A stretch of DNA of 62,829 nucleotides, counting the filler, from Klebsormidium nitens (lineage: Eukaryota > Plantae > Klebsormidiophyceae), in the NCBI GenBank assembly GCA_000708835.1. It is 11 parts of 11 records of this genome, joined end to end, with 100 filler letters (N's around TTAATTAATTAA, not from the genome) between each part and the next. Parts side by side here need not be neighbours in the genome. Positions count along the whole stretch, not along the records: positions 43,740 to 56,279 come from DF237162.1; positions 56,380 to 62,829 come from DF238355.1; 9 more parts are not named here. The stretch is one strand, 5' to 3'. A model generated the notes under the pieces. The model made no database searches. It saw nothing but the letters and a program-made list of their open reading frames with translations, and was not told the DNA's origin. Positions 47,151-59,858 of this stretch are shown here, one piece after another. The position numbers and the translations under genes were made by a program. Within the stretch, counting starts at the first letter, position 1. Each line of letters opens with the position of its first letter.

Positions 47151-47899
47151 GCGCTTGTCGAGCCAATCTGTCCTCCACGAGACTAGAAGTTCCATGAAGA
47201 AACTTAGAAATCTGTTCCAAGCGCTGAATGACCACTCAAAAACGGCCAAATAGTACAGGTACGGCGCGCCTGATCATTTCCAATACGACCGCACGTACAC
47301 GTCGGCATATGCGCATTTGCAATCGTGCCTGCGGCTTTCTCAAAGTTCGGCAACTCTACATGCTTGATGGTCGCAAGCGCATGCAAGAGACGAATAGAGA
47401 ACATGCATTTTTGGAAAACTTGGCCGCATGCATGCAATCCACCGCAATACATGCACATGTGCCGTCGGACTCCGTGAATGTACCGGCAGCCTAAATTCAC
47501 TGGCGCAGATCAATATATATTTATGTGCAAACCTGAACTTAACTTGTTGCCCGTCTCTTATGCATGATCGGGTGATCCTCGTCGTAGTGTTCCCTTTCAG
47601 TCCACCAGCTCCAAAAATTGGATCAATCTGTTTAGCCATACACCACCAAGGGCGTGCTAAAGTCATTGTAAAACCAAGGATTTACGAACTTCCGATTTAC
47701 ATGCATTACATGCATGAAGCATTTGCACGCCAGGGCTAACCTTGAACGCACATATATGCAACTAATTGCCTGCTAGGAAGCACTTTCTGTTACAAGTACG
47801 ACATTGGTAGCGAGCGCTTTCCACAGTAGCAATGCAAGACGCAATTTGTCTGGTGCAAAAGGCCAAAAATCCGTTCGCTTCTATCATTGCAAACACTCC

Positions 47900-50800
47900 T
47901 TCAGCATTTACTCATTCAATCAGCAACGGGCGGAGGGAACACGTGATCACAACAAATCCGCTTTGTCCCACACTAATTCCTCCAGGTTTCTTGCCTCTCC
48001 ATGCCTTTTCCAATCGCGAGCCCAACCCTTCCTGTCCATCCTCTTCAACATCTTGTCGCGGCGAACCGCCCTTTTATGCAGATCTTCCTCCAGTCTCGTC
48101 CTCACGTCTTCCCACGTCCACTTCGTGACCCGTTGACCAATTCCGATTAGAAGTTGGCTCTCCAGGAAGGCCCACGTCGACGGTCCCGGTTCTCCAATCA
48201 GGGGGACTTTTGTAAAAGTATGAAGCTAGAATGGAGGGAAACAAGAAAAGACGGAGTAAGCGGTCTTGAAAAAGCTGCAGAGTCGCTTTTCCTTACCACT
48301 GTTCCTTTCATTAGCATTATTACAGCAATTTGCAGTTGGAACTTCCTTCTTTATCTGGCTAATAGCTACCCCAAGAGCATGAGAATGAACGTTCCGGCTT
48401 CATGTACGACCGCCTACTTTCGTCAGCAAATGCCTTCTACAGAGAGTAGATGTCCCGTCTGAAAAGCATGGTGCCAGGCTGCGAGAAATTTTCAGTCCTT
48501 TACTCGGAACAAGGTTCGGACACAGTGATTAAACACACTCTCTGTCGACAATCAACAGAATCTGCTCACTGACAGCTTGACAGCTTGCGCAGCTTGTGCA
48601 GAGGCCTGCCTTTCTACCTTTCTATGGAAGCTTTAGCTTTCACCAGCAACTGGATCGTCCAGTAAGTGGAGTAAGCCCACCAAAAACCCTCACAAGCTCA
48701 TGTGCATGTCTCTGTAAACCATTCAGGTACCCGACTTTAACGCATCCTTATTCTTTTTTTGGAACATTCCAGTAGCGAACGATATACTTCCGAAGGAAGA
48801 AAAACTCACCGAGTCGTTTCGATAGAAGTCTCCGACGACGTACTTCCTGGCGGGCAGCCGGGCATCCTCTGGCTTTACACCATAGCGTGTTTGCAGAAGC
48901 TCCTCCGCCTCCTTCAACTGGGACTCGAGCTGGTCCCTGCTGACCAGCATCGCCTCGTCGAACACCTTTCTTGGGTGTTGTTGCTTGAACACCTTCTTCT
49001 GTAATTCGTGCGCCGCGGCAAGCGCCTCCGGGGTGATCTTGCCATACTCATCCAGCTGGAGAAGCAAAAGCAATCCGCGTCATATCAAGTGTCTTTCCAG
49101 ACTTCTTGCCTCAATCCACGCCTCGATGTATGGCGGATTGATGACTCGATGACTAGCGGAGAACTTCTTGAACGATTTATTGGACCTTGCCAACAGCTGC
49201 TGTGTGCAGAAACATTTTTTCCAAAGCTTCGCAGCATAGTCCTGTTGGATGTACCACTTTCAGACTTAGTTTACAGAAGGGCAGAAATACGCTCAAAGAC
49301 AGGTCGGTAATGCAAACACACAGAGCTTCGAGAGAAACTATCACATGCAGTGTTTGCCTTGTCATTAACGTGTAGCTTGTCTTCGTCTAATCGACCAAAA
49401 ACTTATTGCTGCATGTGAGCAGAAGGGAAATTCAAGAAAATGAAGGAGATAGGAATCTTAGGAACTCTTCATCTTAGCCCTTCCTCCTTCCCAAAAGCCC
49501 AATGCTTTTCCAAAGGCGTGGTCTTACTTCGATGATGGTCGTAAGAACTGTTTCGGCCCCCAAATAGTGTTCAACATTGAAGAGCTGACTGTAGACCGGA
49601 GAGTACCGCCCATTGCTCGCGTTGACCAGCAGATGGTGACACGAGTAGGCCTCCAGCTGGTTGAAGCCCCCTTGAGACTCATCACTGACCTGGAGAAAGA
49701 CAAAACAAAAGGGATTCAGGAAGGGTGTTGAAGTATGCGGATGTCTCTGGATTTCAGGAAGCAAAGAAAGGCTGACACAGAACATGAAGATCCTTCCTGC
49801 AAGCAACGTAATCGAATTGCAATTACATGTCTGAGAAAGATCTACTCTGCAAATGGGTCGTCCTGCCATTAAGCAGTGTTTCGACCCCTTTCCCATCACC
49901 CCCTTTCCTTAACCCACAATCCAAGCGGTCCCTTTGCCTTCTGGCCCCGACCTTGAGATACACCGAATCAGCATTTTCCTCCCACCATGTACCTGATGTT
50001 CACCCAACTGGACCTCGTTCACCCACACGTCAATCTGTTTTCCAGGTCCCCTGCCCCGACCTTATGAATCTGCAATTATTGGACCAGCATCGACATTCCA
50101 CATTCTGATAGCATTCTTTAATGCGTTTCTTGCCAGCATCACATCCAAAATGAATGAGGTGGTTCAGAGATGAAGTAGCTCATATACTCACCACTATCGT
50201 GGCGGCCCCCTTGCCATCTGTTAGGTTCTTGATCATCTTCGGCAGGTCTGGAAAGCGCTTGTCGCGCACTTTCAACCCGAGGTCAACCGACCAGTGGCCC
50301 ATGGTCAGCTCGTGGGTGAAATCGGGCTCACAGAAGCTGTCAGGCGAATCGCTAGCGGGGTGTATCTGAGGATCCACTGGCGGTTTCATCTGATCTTTGG
50401 GTGTCTGCAGAAGCCAGAAAGCTATGACCCGTGGAAGAGAGTTGCACTCGCAAAGCAGCACTTAATCCTCAACATGAAGAATCCTGTTACGACTTTAAGC
50501 TTCATTGCAGCTTTCCTAAAAATTTCAACACAAGGCAAGCTTCAGGATTCATACTTGCTTGAAGAAGTCAGTGCAGGGATTATTTCAGTTCATTTGACCA
50601 GAAAGAAAACGAGACAGCAGGCACCCTCGAGTATCCTGGTTTTACCAGGATACTCACCACCACGTCAGCCCCTTCTGGCTCAGGCTCCGCTCTGGTTGCA
50701 TGCTCCTGCAGCAGGAGGAGCATAAGTCTAAAGCACTGACCTGAAACCGATATGCGCTTGACGCTGAACACGAGAGACTCACCATCAACACATATAGAGC

Positions 50801-51632
50801 TGAGACAAGGATGCAAAAGCTGTGCAGAATCGATGGGCTGTCTAGCCCAGATATTCATCACTGCCAATCACTCACCAGGTGCAATGGTGCAGGGGCGACA
50901 AATGAGTGACCAGCTAAGTAGCACCAGGAAGACGAGCGACAGCTTGCCGAGAAACCCACCAATGAAGCCCTTGTCCTATGGTCACCAGCAGCTTAGGTCC
51001 TTGACACTTACCAACACATTTGCTAACTCCTGCTCCTGGTCCATCCGAGACCTGAAGCGACAGTACTCAGGTTCATCGTCGTCCTCATTCATATCCTGCT
51101 TGGACCCCTCATCATTGATTCTCAAAAGCCTTGAGAGATCGCTTGTCAGAGCGACGATCTTTTTGTGCAGCATTTCAGCGTTTCCCTGCAGCTGCTCGGG
51201 AAGCCTCTTCAATACATCCACAGCTTCTTGAACTGCAGCACTTTGGGCCTCTGGGAGAGGCACAGGGTTGGGGGCAGTCTTCTTGCTCAGGGTCATTATG
51301 AGGATGGGAATGGCTACGAAAGAGAGACGGTTATTTAGCTCGCCAGCCTTGTCACCAAAAGTATCTCTGACAAGCTCCAGTAAAGGCAGCAGGTAGTCAA
51401 ATAATATGCGCTGCAGCAATTCGTGGTCTATTTTGCCCCCAATGTACTTGTTCACGTGCAGATCCCGCTCAGCCATTGCACGGTGCGCCACAAACGGGTT
51501 CGTTATTTTGGAGTCTGTCTTTGTCCAAGACGATGGACCTCGCATGAATGGCGGCTCCTCTTTCTTCATTTTCTTCGATGCTGTACCTGACAATGAGAGG
51601 GACAGAGCCACTCTTTTCTCATTGCCGCCCAT
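47900..51632 (-). pseudogene. Multi-exon hypothetical gene, partly disrupted
   Basis: Series of same-strand open frames (50982-51632, 50180-50461, 49474-49899, 48723-49073, ~47900-48200) bounded by GTGAG/GTAAG donors and pyrimidine-rich AG acceptors. TTTAGGG motif upstream at 51784. No domain recognised. Confidence 0.33.
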
Positions 51633-54424
51633 GTTTGCTACCTCGTCTCCGTTTCTCTGCTGCCGCCTCGAGTAGGTCGCTCTGCTGGTCCAAGGCAGTT
51701 GACAAGTTTTTCAGCCGACGTCAGCCTAGGCACGGGTACGGATCAAGTCCACGTTACTCGAACGGGTGGGGAGGGTTTGGGGGTTTAGGGCGTAAAACCA
51801 TAAAATGTGGTCAGGTGCGAAGCGTAGAAGCTCCTTGATCGGTCACCGACTTCACCCATTCGAAATCCCATATGCTGCTGAGAGCTCGGTACGTATGCGT
51901 ATCCTCGATGTACGTGAACGCATCTCTGGCCTCGCCTCGACGGCAGCAGAGTGCGGACTTGGTAAAATGCCATGGTTTTCGAACACAAATGCTCATTTTC
52001 CAGCTTCCATACCTTCTCAACAGGACCGCCAAGGCGACGAGAGTTGCAACGCCCCAACCTTGAAGCCAGATGTCCGGCTGCCTTCAAAGAGTTGTGAAGA
52101 CCTCAGGCCTGCGCAGAAGCGGCAGGGCCAGTGGTAGCAGAGGCCCCAGTTGCGTGACTTCTGTGGCAATTTGCAAGCAAAATGGTCGTCAGGCTGCCAT
52201 TAGCAGAAGGCAGTGAAGGCGCCTTGTACAACAGCACAAGAGCAGCTTGAATCAATTGCCAATCAACAGGTCATGCGCCATTAGAGAGTAGGATGTCCAT
52301 GTAGTGCATTGGTCGACAGCAAAGACGGCCCAGAGACCAGTATTTGGGCTTTCCCAAATGAAGTGTTACATTTCTCGGGCAGACAAAGAGGGGCTTGCCA
52401 CGATCTTTCTTCCAGATTCTCCAGCTATCCCCCGGGACTAGCTTTCCATGGAGCTGAGAATCGCGTAACGTTGATAAGAAGACTGCATACGCATCCGAGT
52501 ATTGAGCAAAGGGGCGACATTGCGGGCAATAAAAGCCGCCGTTAAAGCTCGACCTTTTCCATCTGCACCAGCGGTGAGCCAGTATCTCTATTCTGATGGA
52601 TCACTTTGTCTTACATATTCAATTATCAAGTCTAGTTGTTGAACATCCGCAAGTCCTTTTTTAGTGCAGGGCGTGAATACATGTTGTATTCCTTGATTGT
52701 AGGGAGTGTGGGGGCTCAACTCCAATTCAGCATCCCTTGCGACTGGGGCCGCCACTACTTCTCAACAGGTGCAGCTTGCTCAGCTTCTTTCCGTGTGGCC
52801 TCATCAGCTGGTGCACCTTGCTCGGTGGCTTGGTCTGCGGTGCCGTCCTCTGCAGGTGTAACATCAACTGTTGTCGTATCATCCTCTGCTGTTGGTGCAG
52901 CCATCTCTGCACTTGGCCAGAACCACAGCGCCATCTCGGCCGGCAACAGCGGCAGAATTGCTGCGGAGCAGTTCACTTGAAAGCTGTTTCGATGGCTTCG
53001 CCATACTTGTTGATGGTCTGAACCTGATCAAGGTGTCCCCCTCATAAATGATTGCGTCAACTCGAGCAGTATCTTTCCAAAGAGTCCAGGCTCTATATCA
53101 AAAGTACTCTTGCGCGCCATTTGATGAGTTCATCGAACCGTTGTAGCGGACTACGTCAACCAAGTCAGGGCCTGTCTGAGCTTGTCCAAGCTGTCCGAAG
53201 TCCGGCATAGATGATTCCTGTCGACTGCGTGCTGACGTCTTCACTTTCAATGTAGCTGACTGCCTCTATCCAATCCAACTGTGTCTGATCTGTCCAAGCT
53301 CTGTATTTGAAAAAGCACACTTACTTGAATTACTGATGTCAGCAATGTTTTATAGCTTTTAGTTGACTGCATTGACTGTTGCTTGCGCAGATGGACGCTG
53401 AGCTGGAGCAGCTACACTTGGACGTTGGACGTTCAGTTGAAACCGGGCAAGCTGGGCAAGCGGGGTAATCGGGTAGGAGGCGATCAAAATGGAGACCCGC
53501 AGCCTCGTCCAGTACGCCGTTGCCAGGTGGGAGTGTCATTGTCGAGTCAGGTTGCGGAAGCTGACGAGGAAGCGGAAGAGTTCGGTTCCGAAGATAGACT
53601 TCTGCTTGGTCAAGTGACTGGGGCGACGTTTGTACTGACAATGACGACCCTTCATGGGACTGGACGACGATTGTGATTCAGAGGAACGGCGGCATACTTC
53701 AGCGTCTGCCGCATCGACCTCCATTCAGGCGGTGATTGGAGGGAATCTGCATCTCAGGTGTGCTCACTCTCAGACTTAAGACTTAAGCTCCTTCCATTTG
53801 CTTCTTGACGACGCTTTTGCCAAGTTGCCTTCATGAATACAAACCCTCAGGAAGTCTGTACCCATCATGTTTCATATTTGAAGCAAGAAACGGAAAGATT
53901 GTGTTGCACTGGACTTAGCCATCTGTTGACTTGAAATCACATGTGGTGGTACAAAGAAACAGAAGAGAACGGAGAGAAGTTTGATTTGGAGTGCCCTGGC
54001 CAATTGGCTTTCGAATCCGTCCTTAACTTGTGTAGTTCAAATGTGTCCGGCTGGGGTAGCATGCTGGCCCTAACCCTCAAGTTGAAAGTCCAATTTGGGG
54101 GGACGTCTTGGTTCTGCGGTCTGATATTGTCCCAAATCTTGTGTGGGTTGAGGACTTGTTCTGACGCCGTGGAGGACGCTCACTCTTGATGGGGTCTTGC
54201 TCATCTTTTTGATCGCCATGCCATTCGCCAAGGCCAATGCTTTTATTTTTTTGAGCCGCATCCGTGGTCGTTAAAGCCTTGGAGGTCTTTCATTCTGGAG
54301 CATGAATTTTTGCACTGCCAAGGTCATTAGTGGTGCGTTTCAGAGCTTCAGGCTTGAAAGTTTGCGTTTAGTGGTTCGTCGAATCTGCGTTGACGTCGTT
54401 TAAAAGCAGTTTGAATTCTCGGAT

Positions 54425-54537
54425 AAAAGCGTGGACAGTTGGACAGCCAGCCATAAGATAATAGTTTTGTGGGGTTCATCTAAGTGTCCAAGGTCTAACG
54501 AGGGATTTGCGTGGTCAGTGTTGTTGCTGATGTCATT
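54425..54537. repeat. Dispersed single copy of the 43746-44145 repeat unit
   Basis: AAAAGCGTGGACAGTTGGACAGCC...ATCTAAGTGTCCAAGGTCTAA...GTTGCTGATGTCAT aligns with unit 3 (44039-44143) with the same arm spacing. Confidence 0.72.
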
Positions 54538-55171
54538 TCAGGCTTAGACCATCTGCAGCTTGCGATGGTAACAAGCTAGGAAATCATAGCGGAAGATTGA
54601 TTAAGTTTTAGCGGGGAGTCTCTTTGTGGGCCCCGGGATTGGGGTGCTCTTCCTTAGCGTATTGTTTGTGTGATGATTGCCCTGGCAGCCAATCTTGAAA
54701 GGAAGTAAGGTCCCTTCATTGAGATTCTTTTCTTGCAGGTACCACGTCCAGCAGCTAGGAGGCTAACGCGGTCAAGGGTTGAGTCGACGGTGCAAATCGA
54801 CATCATCCCACCTGAGTTTTCGAGATTGAATATCTTGTCTACTGATCTTGAATCATACTTCAGAACCATAGCAAATTTTTGTTGCTGTGGTCTCAAGGGC
54901 AGGTCCTTCTTTTCTGTTTTAACATACGAACCGCTTCTGCTAGAGGTTTTGCTACACAAATCTGATAAAGCTCTTTGAAGTAACTATTTATCAATTTGAG
55001 AAAAGTGCACTTTTCTCTAACAAATGCCTTGGCCGCTAGCATTTTCCAACATATAATTGTTGGGTAACATTTCGTTGTCATTATTTTCTGACATCAATGG
55101 TTGATATAAACAGGTCAGCACGTCTGATCGTGTGAAAATTATTGTCGAAACACTGATGTATACCAATAAGT

Positions 55172-56002
55172 ATGGATGCCTTGCGTCAGCTGTTCACTGA
55201 CAATATTCGAACTCAGGCGTCCGTTGACCAATACATAAGGGGCATTGCTCTTATCTACCAATTGTGCCACAATCGACCACTCCCTAGTACAGGCGAGCTA
55301 AGCTTTCTAGAAACAGACGCACACGTCTTCACTCAACTCGTGCATGATCGATATGCAAATCCTGGATCGAGAAGGACGCGATTGGCCCCTTTTCTTGCCG
55401 CTTGTAAAAAGCTCGGAAACTCAGAAGCTTATCAAATATATTTTCAACCGTTTCAGAAGGATAATCAGCCGTTGAAAGAACTTCGTGAGAAACAAGCCGT
55501 TGAATCGGGGCAAAACCCTATGAAAGAACTTGAGATGTCACGTGAAGACATTGAACTTTTGGGTAGCAAGCTTGCCAGAAAGGTCCGATCTTTGTCACAC
55601 GTTGTTGCAGACGACCTCGACAGAAAGGATGTGAAGACCATAATGATACATTTGCTCGTCGAATGGCACCTTCTGATCAAAAAACACGTCAGACGAGGTG
55701 TGAAGATCTATCATTTACCTATCATTCTCAAGAAGAGTAATGGCCAGCACGATGACACCAAGGATGCATTGATCCAGACAAGTCGGTCACATAACACGTT
55801 TTGTTTACTGAAACAACAAGAGTTGTACGAGCTCCCAACAATGTTCTGTAAGTACCTTGCTAGAACGTTAGAGCTCATCCCTCGAGACTTTTTCATAACC
55901 TCAGTGTCTGATCCGCTAACACCAATGTCAGGAAGCAATTACAGCAATTTCTGCGGCAAGCTTCTTTTCAACGAGAAGTCACTCAATCTTGAACGCATCT
56001 AA
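55172..56002 (+). CDS. Tyrosine-recombinase-like protein of the Polinton-like virus/virophage/NCLDV type, probably degenerate at the C-terminus
   Basis: Resembles that family throughout: N-terminal S-x2-Y-x-R-x-I helix (ASVDQYIRGIALIY), SRRTRLAPFL, HLLIKKHVRR (putative catalytic Arg), YELPTMFCKYL, and C-terminal LLFNEKSLNLERI* where R-H-I-Y is expected. Intronless, lower GC than the host genes. Confidence 0.55.
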   Translation: MDALRQLFTDNIRTQASVDQYIRGIALIYQLCHNRPLPSTGELSFLETDAHVFTQLVHDRYANPGSRRTRLAPFLAACKKLGNSEAYQIYFQPFQKDNQPLKELREKQAVESGQNPMKELEMSREDIELLGSKLARKVRSLSHVVADDLDRKDVKTIMIHLLVEWHLLIKKHVRRGVKIYHLPIILKKSNGQHDDTKDALIQTSRSHNTFCLLKQQELYELPTMFCKYLARTLELIPRDFFITSVSDPLTPMSGSNYSNFCGKLLFNEKSLNLERI

Positions 56003-56082
56003 CTAAGACTTGCTTTTTAGGCAAAAAATAAATCTAACGATATGTATAGCTGAAGGACTCCCGCTGCGAAGCTATAAGGAAG

Positions 56083-56279
56083 ATGGCCACACGGGTAGTT
56101 CACATCGAGGGGCCACACAATCAGAGGAGGGCATCGCCACCAGAGTTACCAAAACTAAGGAGCATTCTGAAGGTCAAAGACGGTCGTGATGGCTCAGAGG
56201 CAACGTTACGAGCCGACTCTACGGTAAATGTATACCTCCGTCAGATCCAAAACATATACACAATTCTTAATCCAAACGA
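56083..56279 (+). CDS. N-terminus of a second, paralogous recombinase-like ORF (truncated by gap)
   Basis: LRADSTVNVYLRQIQNIYTILNP parallels IRTQASVDQYIRGIALIYQLCHN of the upstream ORF. Confidence 0.4.
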
Positions 56280-56379
56280 NNNNNNNNNNNNNNNNNNNNN
56301 NNNNNNNNNNNNNNNNNNNNNNNTTAATTAATTAANNNNNNNNNNNNNNNNNNNNNNNNNNNNNNNNNNNNNNNNNNNN

Positions 56380-56637
56380 ATAGGCTCACTAGCCTAAGTC
56401 ACACACTTCCAGGCTCAGTGACTAGCCTAGCTCACAGTCACACTCAATCTTAGCCTTCGATATCCTCATCTACGGCTAACACTGACGGCCGCTCTCAACC
56501 GCCTACCCTCCAAACCGCCTAACGGTTTAACCGTCCAACCGCCGTACACGCACGTCGGCGTTCACTAGTCCAAACCCTAACTCGGGCCGAACCCTAATCA
56601 CAATAATTCGGCTGACTATAATCACCGAATCTTAACA
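56380..56637. mobile_element. Partial LTR of a fourth family (homologue of the solo LTR 61710-62189)
   Basis: Colinear with 61938-62189; ends ...CTTAACA. Confidence 0.82.
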
Positions 56638-58911
56638 GTCCAAAACAGGTTCCACCAAAGGCAACAAAGGTTTGGGGCTTTGCTTCATTCTCCGCTTCTT
56701 TGAAGCCCGTCTCGTCTACAAAAAAGAAACTGATCGTTGAGGCGTAAGCTCGTGAAGCATACAGAATTAGGCCTCCTTGAACAAGATAACAAAACGTGCG
56801 CACAGGAGCGGAATAAGATGTGAGCGCACTCGTCCGCGGCTGGCACGAGCTTAGCCTGGACGCTGAGTGCACGTTGTCCAAGCCACGTGTCTTTGTTTCC
56901 TCCTGATAACGCGAGGGTATAAAACCGGTGTCCAAGACCTGAGTCGTCCTGGACGCTCGTTGATCCTAATTCATTCGAGGGCTCACCCCCCTTTTCGAGT
57001 AGAGGTTCTATTGAGCTCCTCTTCTTGCCAGGCTTCTGTTTAGTCTGCCACAAAGTTGATCAAAGGATTGACCAAAAGCGCGCGAGTGCGAGCGAATGCA
57101 GATCGCAACTTTTTCCAATGTGACAATGAGCACCGGGCGTCTTGATACACTGAGTTAGAAAGGGACCACACGAGTCACCGTCTTGGCGTTCACAGGCGTA
57201 GCGGCGACATTTTGTGACTCTGCCCACCTCGGACCGCCTGCTGATCTCCACTGATTGTTTCGCCTCGTTCTTGTTGTGCAGCTTTTGGTCGTCTGTGTCA
57301 GGGTTGAATCACTTTGCTTGTTTTTGAAATTGTGGTGAATCATTTGCTTGAGCTGCGCCTCCGAGTATTTGCCAAGAAAACTTAGCTCTTGAAAGTCCTT
57401 CGCAATTTCGCCAACGCCTCCATTAGAGACCTCCGACCAGACAACGTTTAGGGAGAGTAGGCGTATCTTGACCTCGTTGTTCAGCCATTTCTGCAAAACG
57501 AGATCCGCCGTGAGACTTGTACACTTGAAGCCTGACACAAATTCATGGCAGCCCTGCTCTATAGCCAAGAGTCATCATGCCGCAAAGAACAAGCAAAAAT
57601 CGAAAGGCCTTACGGGACCAGGGGAAGTAGTCATATCGGATGCTGGTCCTACTTATGTGAAAGAAAGCGAGCTTACGAGAGCAGGCTCCCTCTTTTTGTA
57701 CTTCTTCCGATTCTTTGGAGGAGGCTCTACGGGTGTCGAGGCTAGATCGACCATCAGATGAATTGACAGGTCTGCAAGCTTCTCTGATAAAAGGAGGTGC
57801 CCCTCTGGGATTGACAAGAGCCGAGCTACTTTCTCGTCCAACAACGGATCCATGACAATTGATTAGTACAAATAGCTACTTTCTTTAGAAGTTTTACAGA
57901 AATCAGCCTGCGGCCAGGGGGAGGCTCTGCGCCGGTAGACCCGTGGAAACTACAGCAGAATTATTAGCGAGCATTTACAATCAACTCACTTTCGCTCACT
58001 ACCTTCGGTTTGACCGTTTTGCGAGTTCGAAAAGGTGGTTAATCTGAAAATGTGATGCTCATGTTCCTGAGATAGTGCCCGAATGTTTGAAGCCGATAAC
58101 GCTACCTCAATTTCCTCAGAACTTGTAGCGAATGTATTCGCATCGTGCTACCCGAAAAAAAGTGATCTGCGTGGGGACATCTTCTCGGGGCGTGCATAAT
58201 CAACGCCACCACGGAGCGACGTAGGCGGCCGCGGCGAGGGGTCGGTACGCGCTCGCGATTAAGAATTCCGTCAGCGCGCGCGGGCACGGGGCCACCACCC
58301 CTGGCGGCTGCACGTCCAGACGAAAGCGACACGTTAAAATTGGTTCTTGTTCTCGATCAATGTAAAAGCCGGGTGAGGTTATTTTGGAGAATGGGGTTCG
58401 CTAGAATCCGGAGCAAGGCATAGTGTGTTTAGATGGTCAGTTTGGATGGTCAGGTAAGCAGAAAGTCAATCTTCGTCAATGTCAGACCCTTTACTGCCAT
58501 TTAAGGTTTACTGATAATTGAGGCTTGCGGTGCAAAATATTCCTGATTAGACCTGGCCGGCGCAAAAGAGTATTGTTCGAGCGAGTATACTGGCCAAATA
58601 TTCGGAGCAGCTTAAAATGTTGCAGGTCTACAATTGCATTGAAAGACGTACAAGACTCGGCGTCCGGAAAGATTGACGTCCATCTTGATCACCTCGACTT
58701 CCGCTTGGCTCTGCAAAACCGAACGCCAAAGTCAAGAAGGTAAGTCCACTTACCTGCAACCCGCGACAGCGGCGAGCAGTACGACTGATTAAAATAGTCT
58801 TCGTTGAAAAACAGGGCCTGTCTCCATTGGATCTATCAACCACTTATGAACTGCTCTCTCATCATTTCAAGTACTTCAAATCGAGCGTGGAAGAGGTGAG
58901 TCTTCTTAATA

Positions 58912-59858
58912 CACGGGATCGCTACGGCGCGACGCGCGATCATAAATTTTTTCGAGGTTCTACCTCGATACCCGGTCGGTGTGACGTACAAATTACCATT
59001 TTCGCCAACCCCAGTCGGCCTCCGGGAAACCGGTAATTCCCCGATCGGATACAGGTTGTAAATAATACTCAAGTATTGAGAAGTGCACTGTGAAGATACC
59101 GTACGGTATATGACGTCGTGATACTGCATGAAGTAACACTTACTAGCAAGTACCCTCACTCGTACGGTACTCGCTTTCCGGTCCTAGGTTCCGACCGGCT
59201 GTACCGGTACCTGGACAACCCCTGATCCGTACCGTCCGATCGAAAGCTTGAAATGCTGTAGTTATCGGTAATACGACGGTGATAAAAGACAGTGCCGAAG
59301 GTGGTGGACTGGAAAGGCCCCATTGTAGGCTAGTAGACTTCGGCTCGCGACCATTTTGGGTAGCATCCTAGGAACATCTCAGTGAAACGGGACCTGCCGT
59401 AATGACTCATAAGGAAGAAGGAGCTTTGAGTTTCTTGCGCCAATGGCGTTTTACACCAAGCAAGAAGCCACCATGGCCATGGTTCCAATACCTTCCCAGT
59501 TGATATTTGAGGACTAGAGCAATATAATCGAGGGTTGCAACTTGATCTGTAGGCCTTGGACTACCTAAAGCCGAAGGGACAGCCTTGCCTCCTCTCTAAA
59601 ATTCACGTTATGCAGCTCGTTACTTGGCTCAAATTTAGCGGCAAATTCCTTTTTCCAGAAAATTCCAAGGTTCCAAATTTATCTCCTAGCTTTTCCTCCG
59701 CTGCGACCGTAACCGGACCTCCGAGTATCTCAAAATTTACCTCGGGAAACCGTCGATCGACCGTTGCGAGATCTGTCGGGAAATGGTCCGACCGAGGTAA
59801 ACCGTAATTAAAATACGGTCGGACCGAGGTCCGCAAGTCGCGCCGTAGCGGTCCCGTG
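58912..59858. mobile_element. Non-autonomous Tc1/mariner-type element (947 bp) in an apparent intron
   Basis: 22-bp TIR CACGGGA(T/C)CGCTACGGCGCGAC with one mismatch (58912-58933 / 59837-59858). TA TSD at 58910-58911 and 59859-59860. Removing it restores a short GTGAGT...TGCAG intron. Confidence 0.78.

Noticed and set aside
56640-56935. FFFVDETGF resembling an IS630/Tc1 first-Asp motif
   Set aside because: No second Asp/Glu region or HTH recognisable; could be chance.
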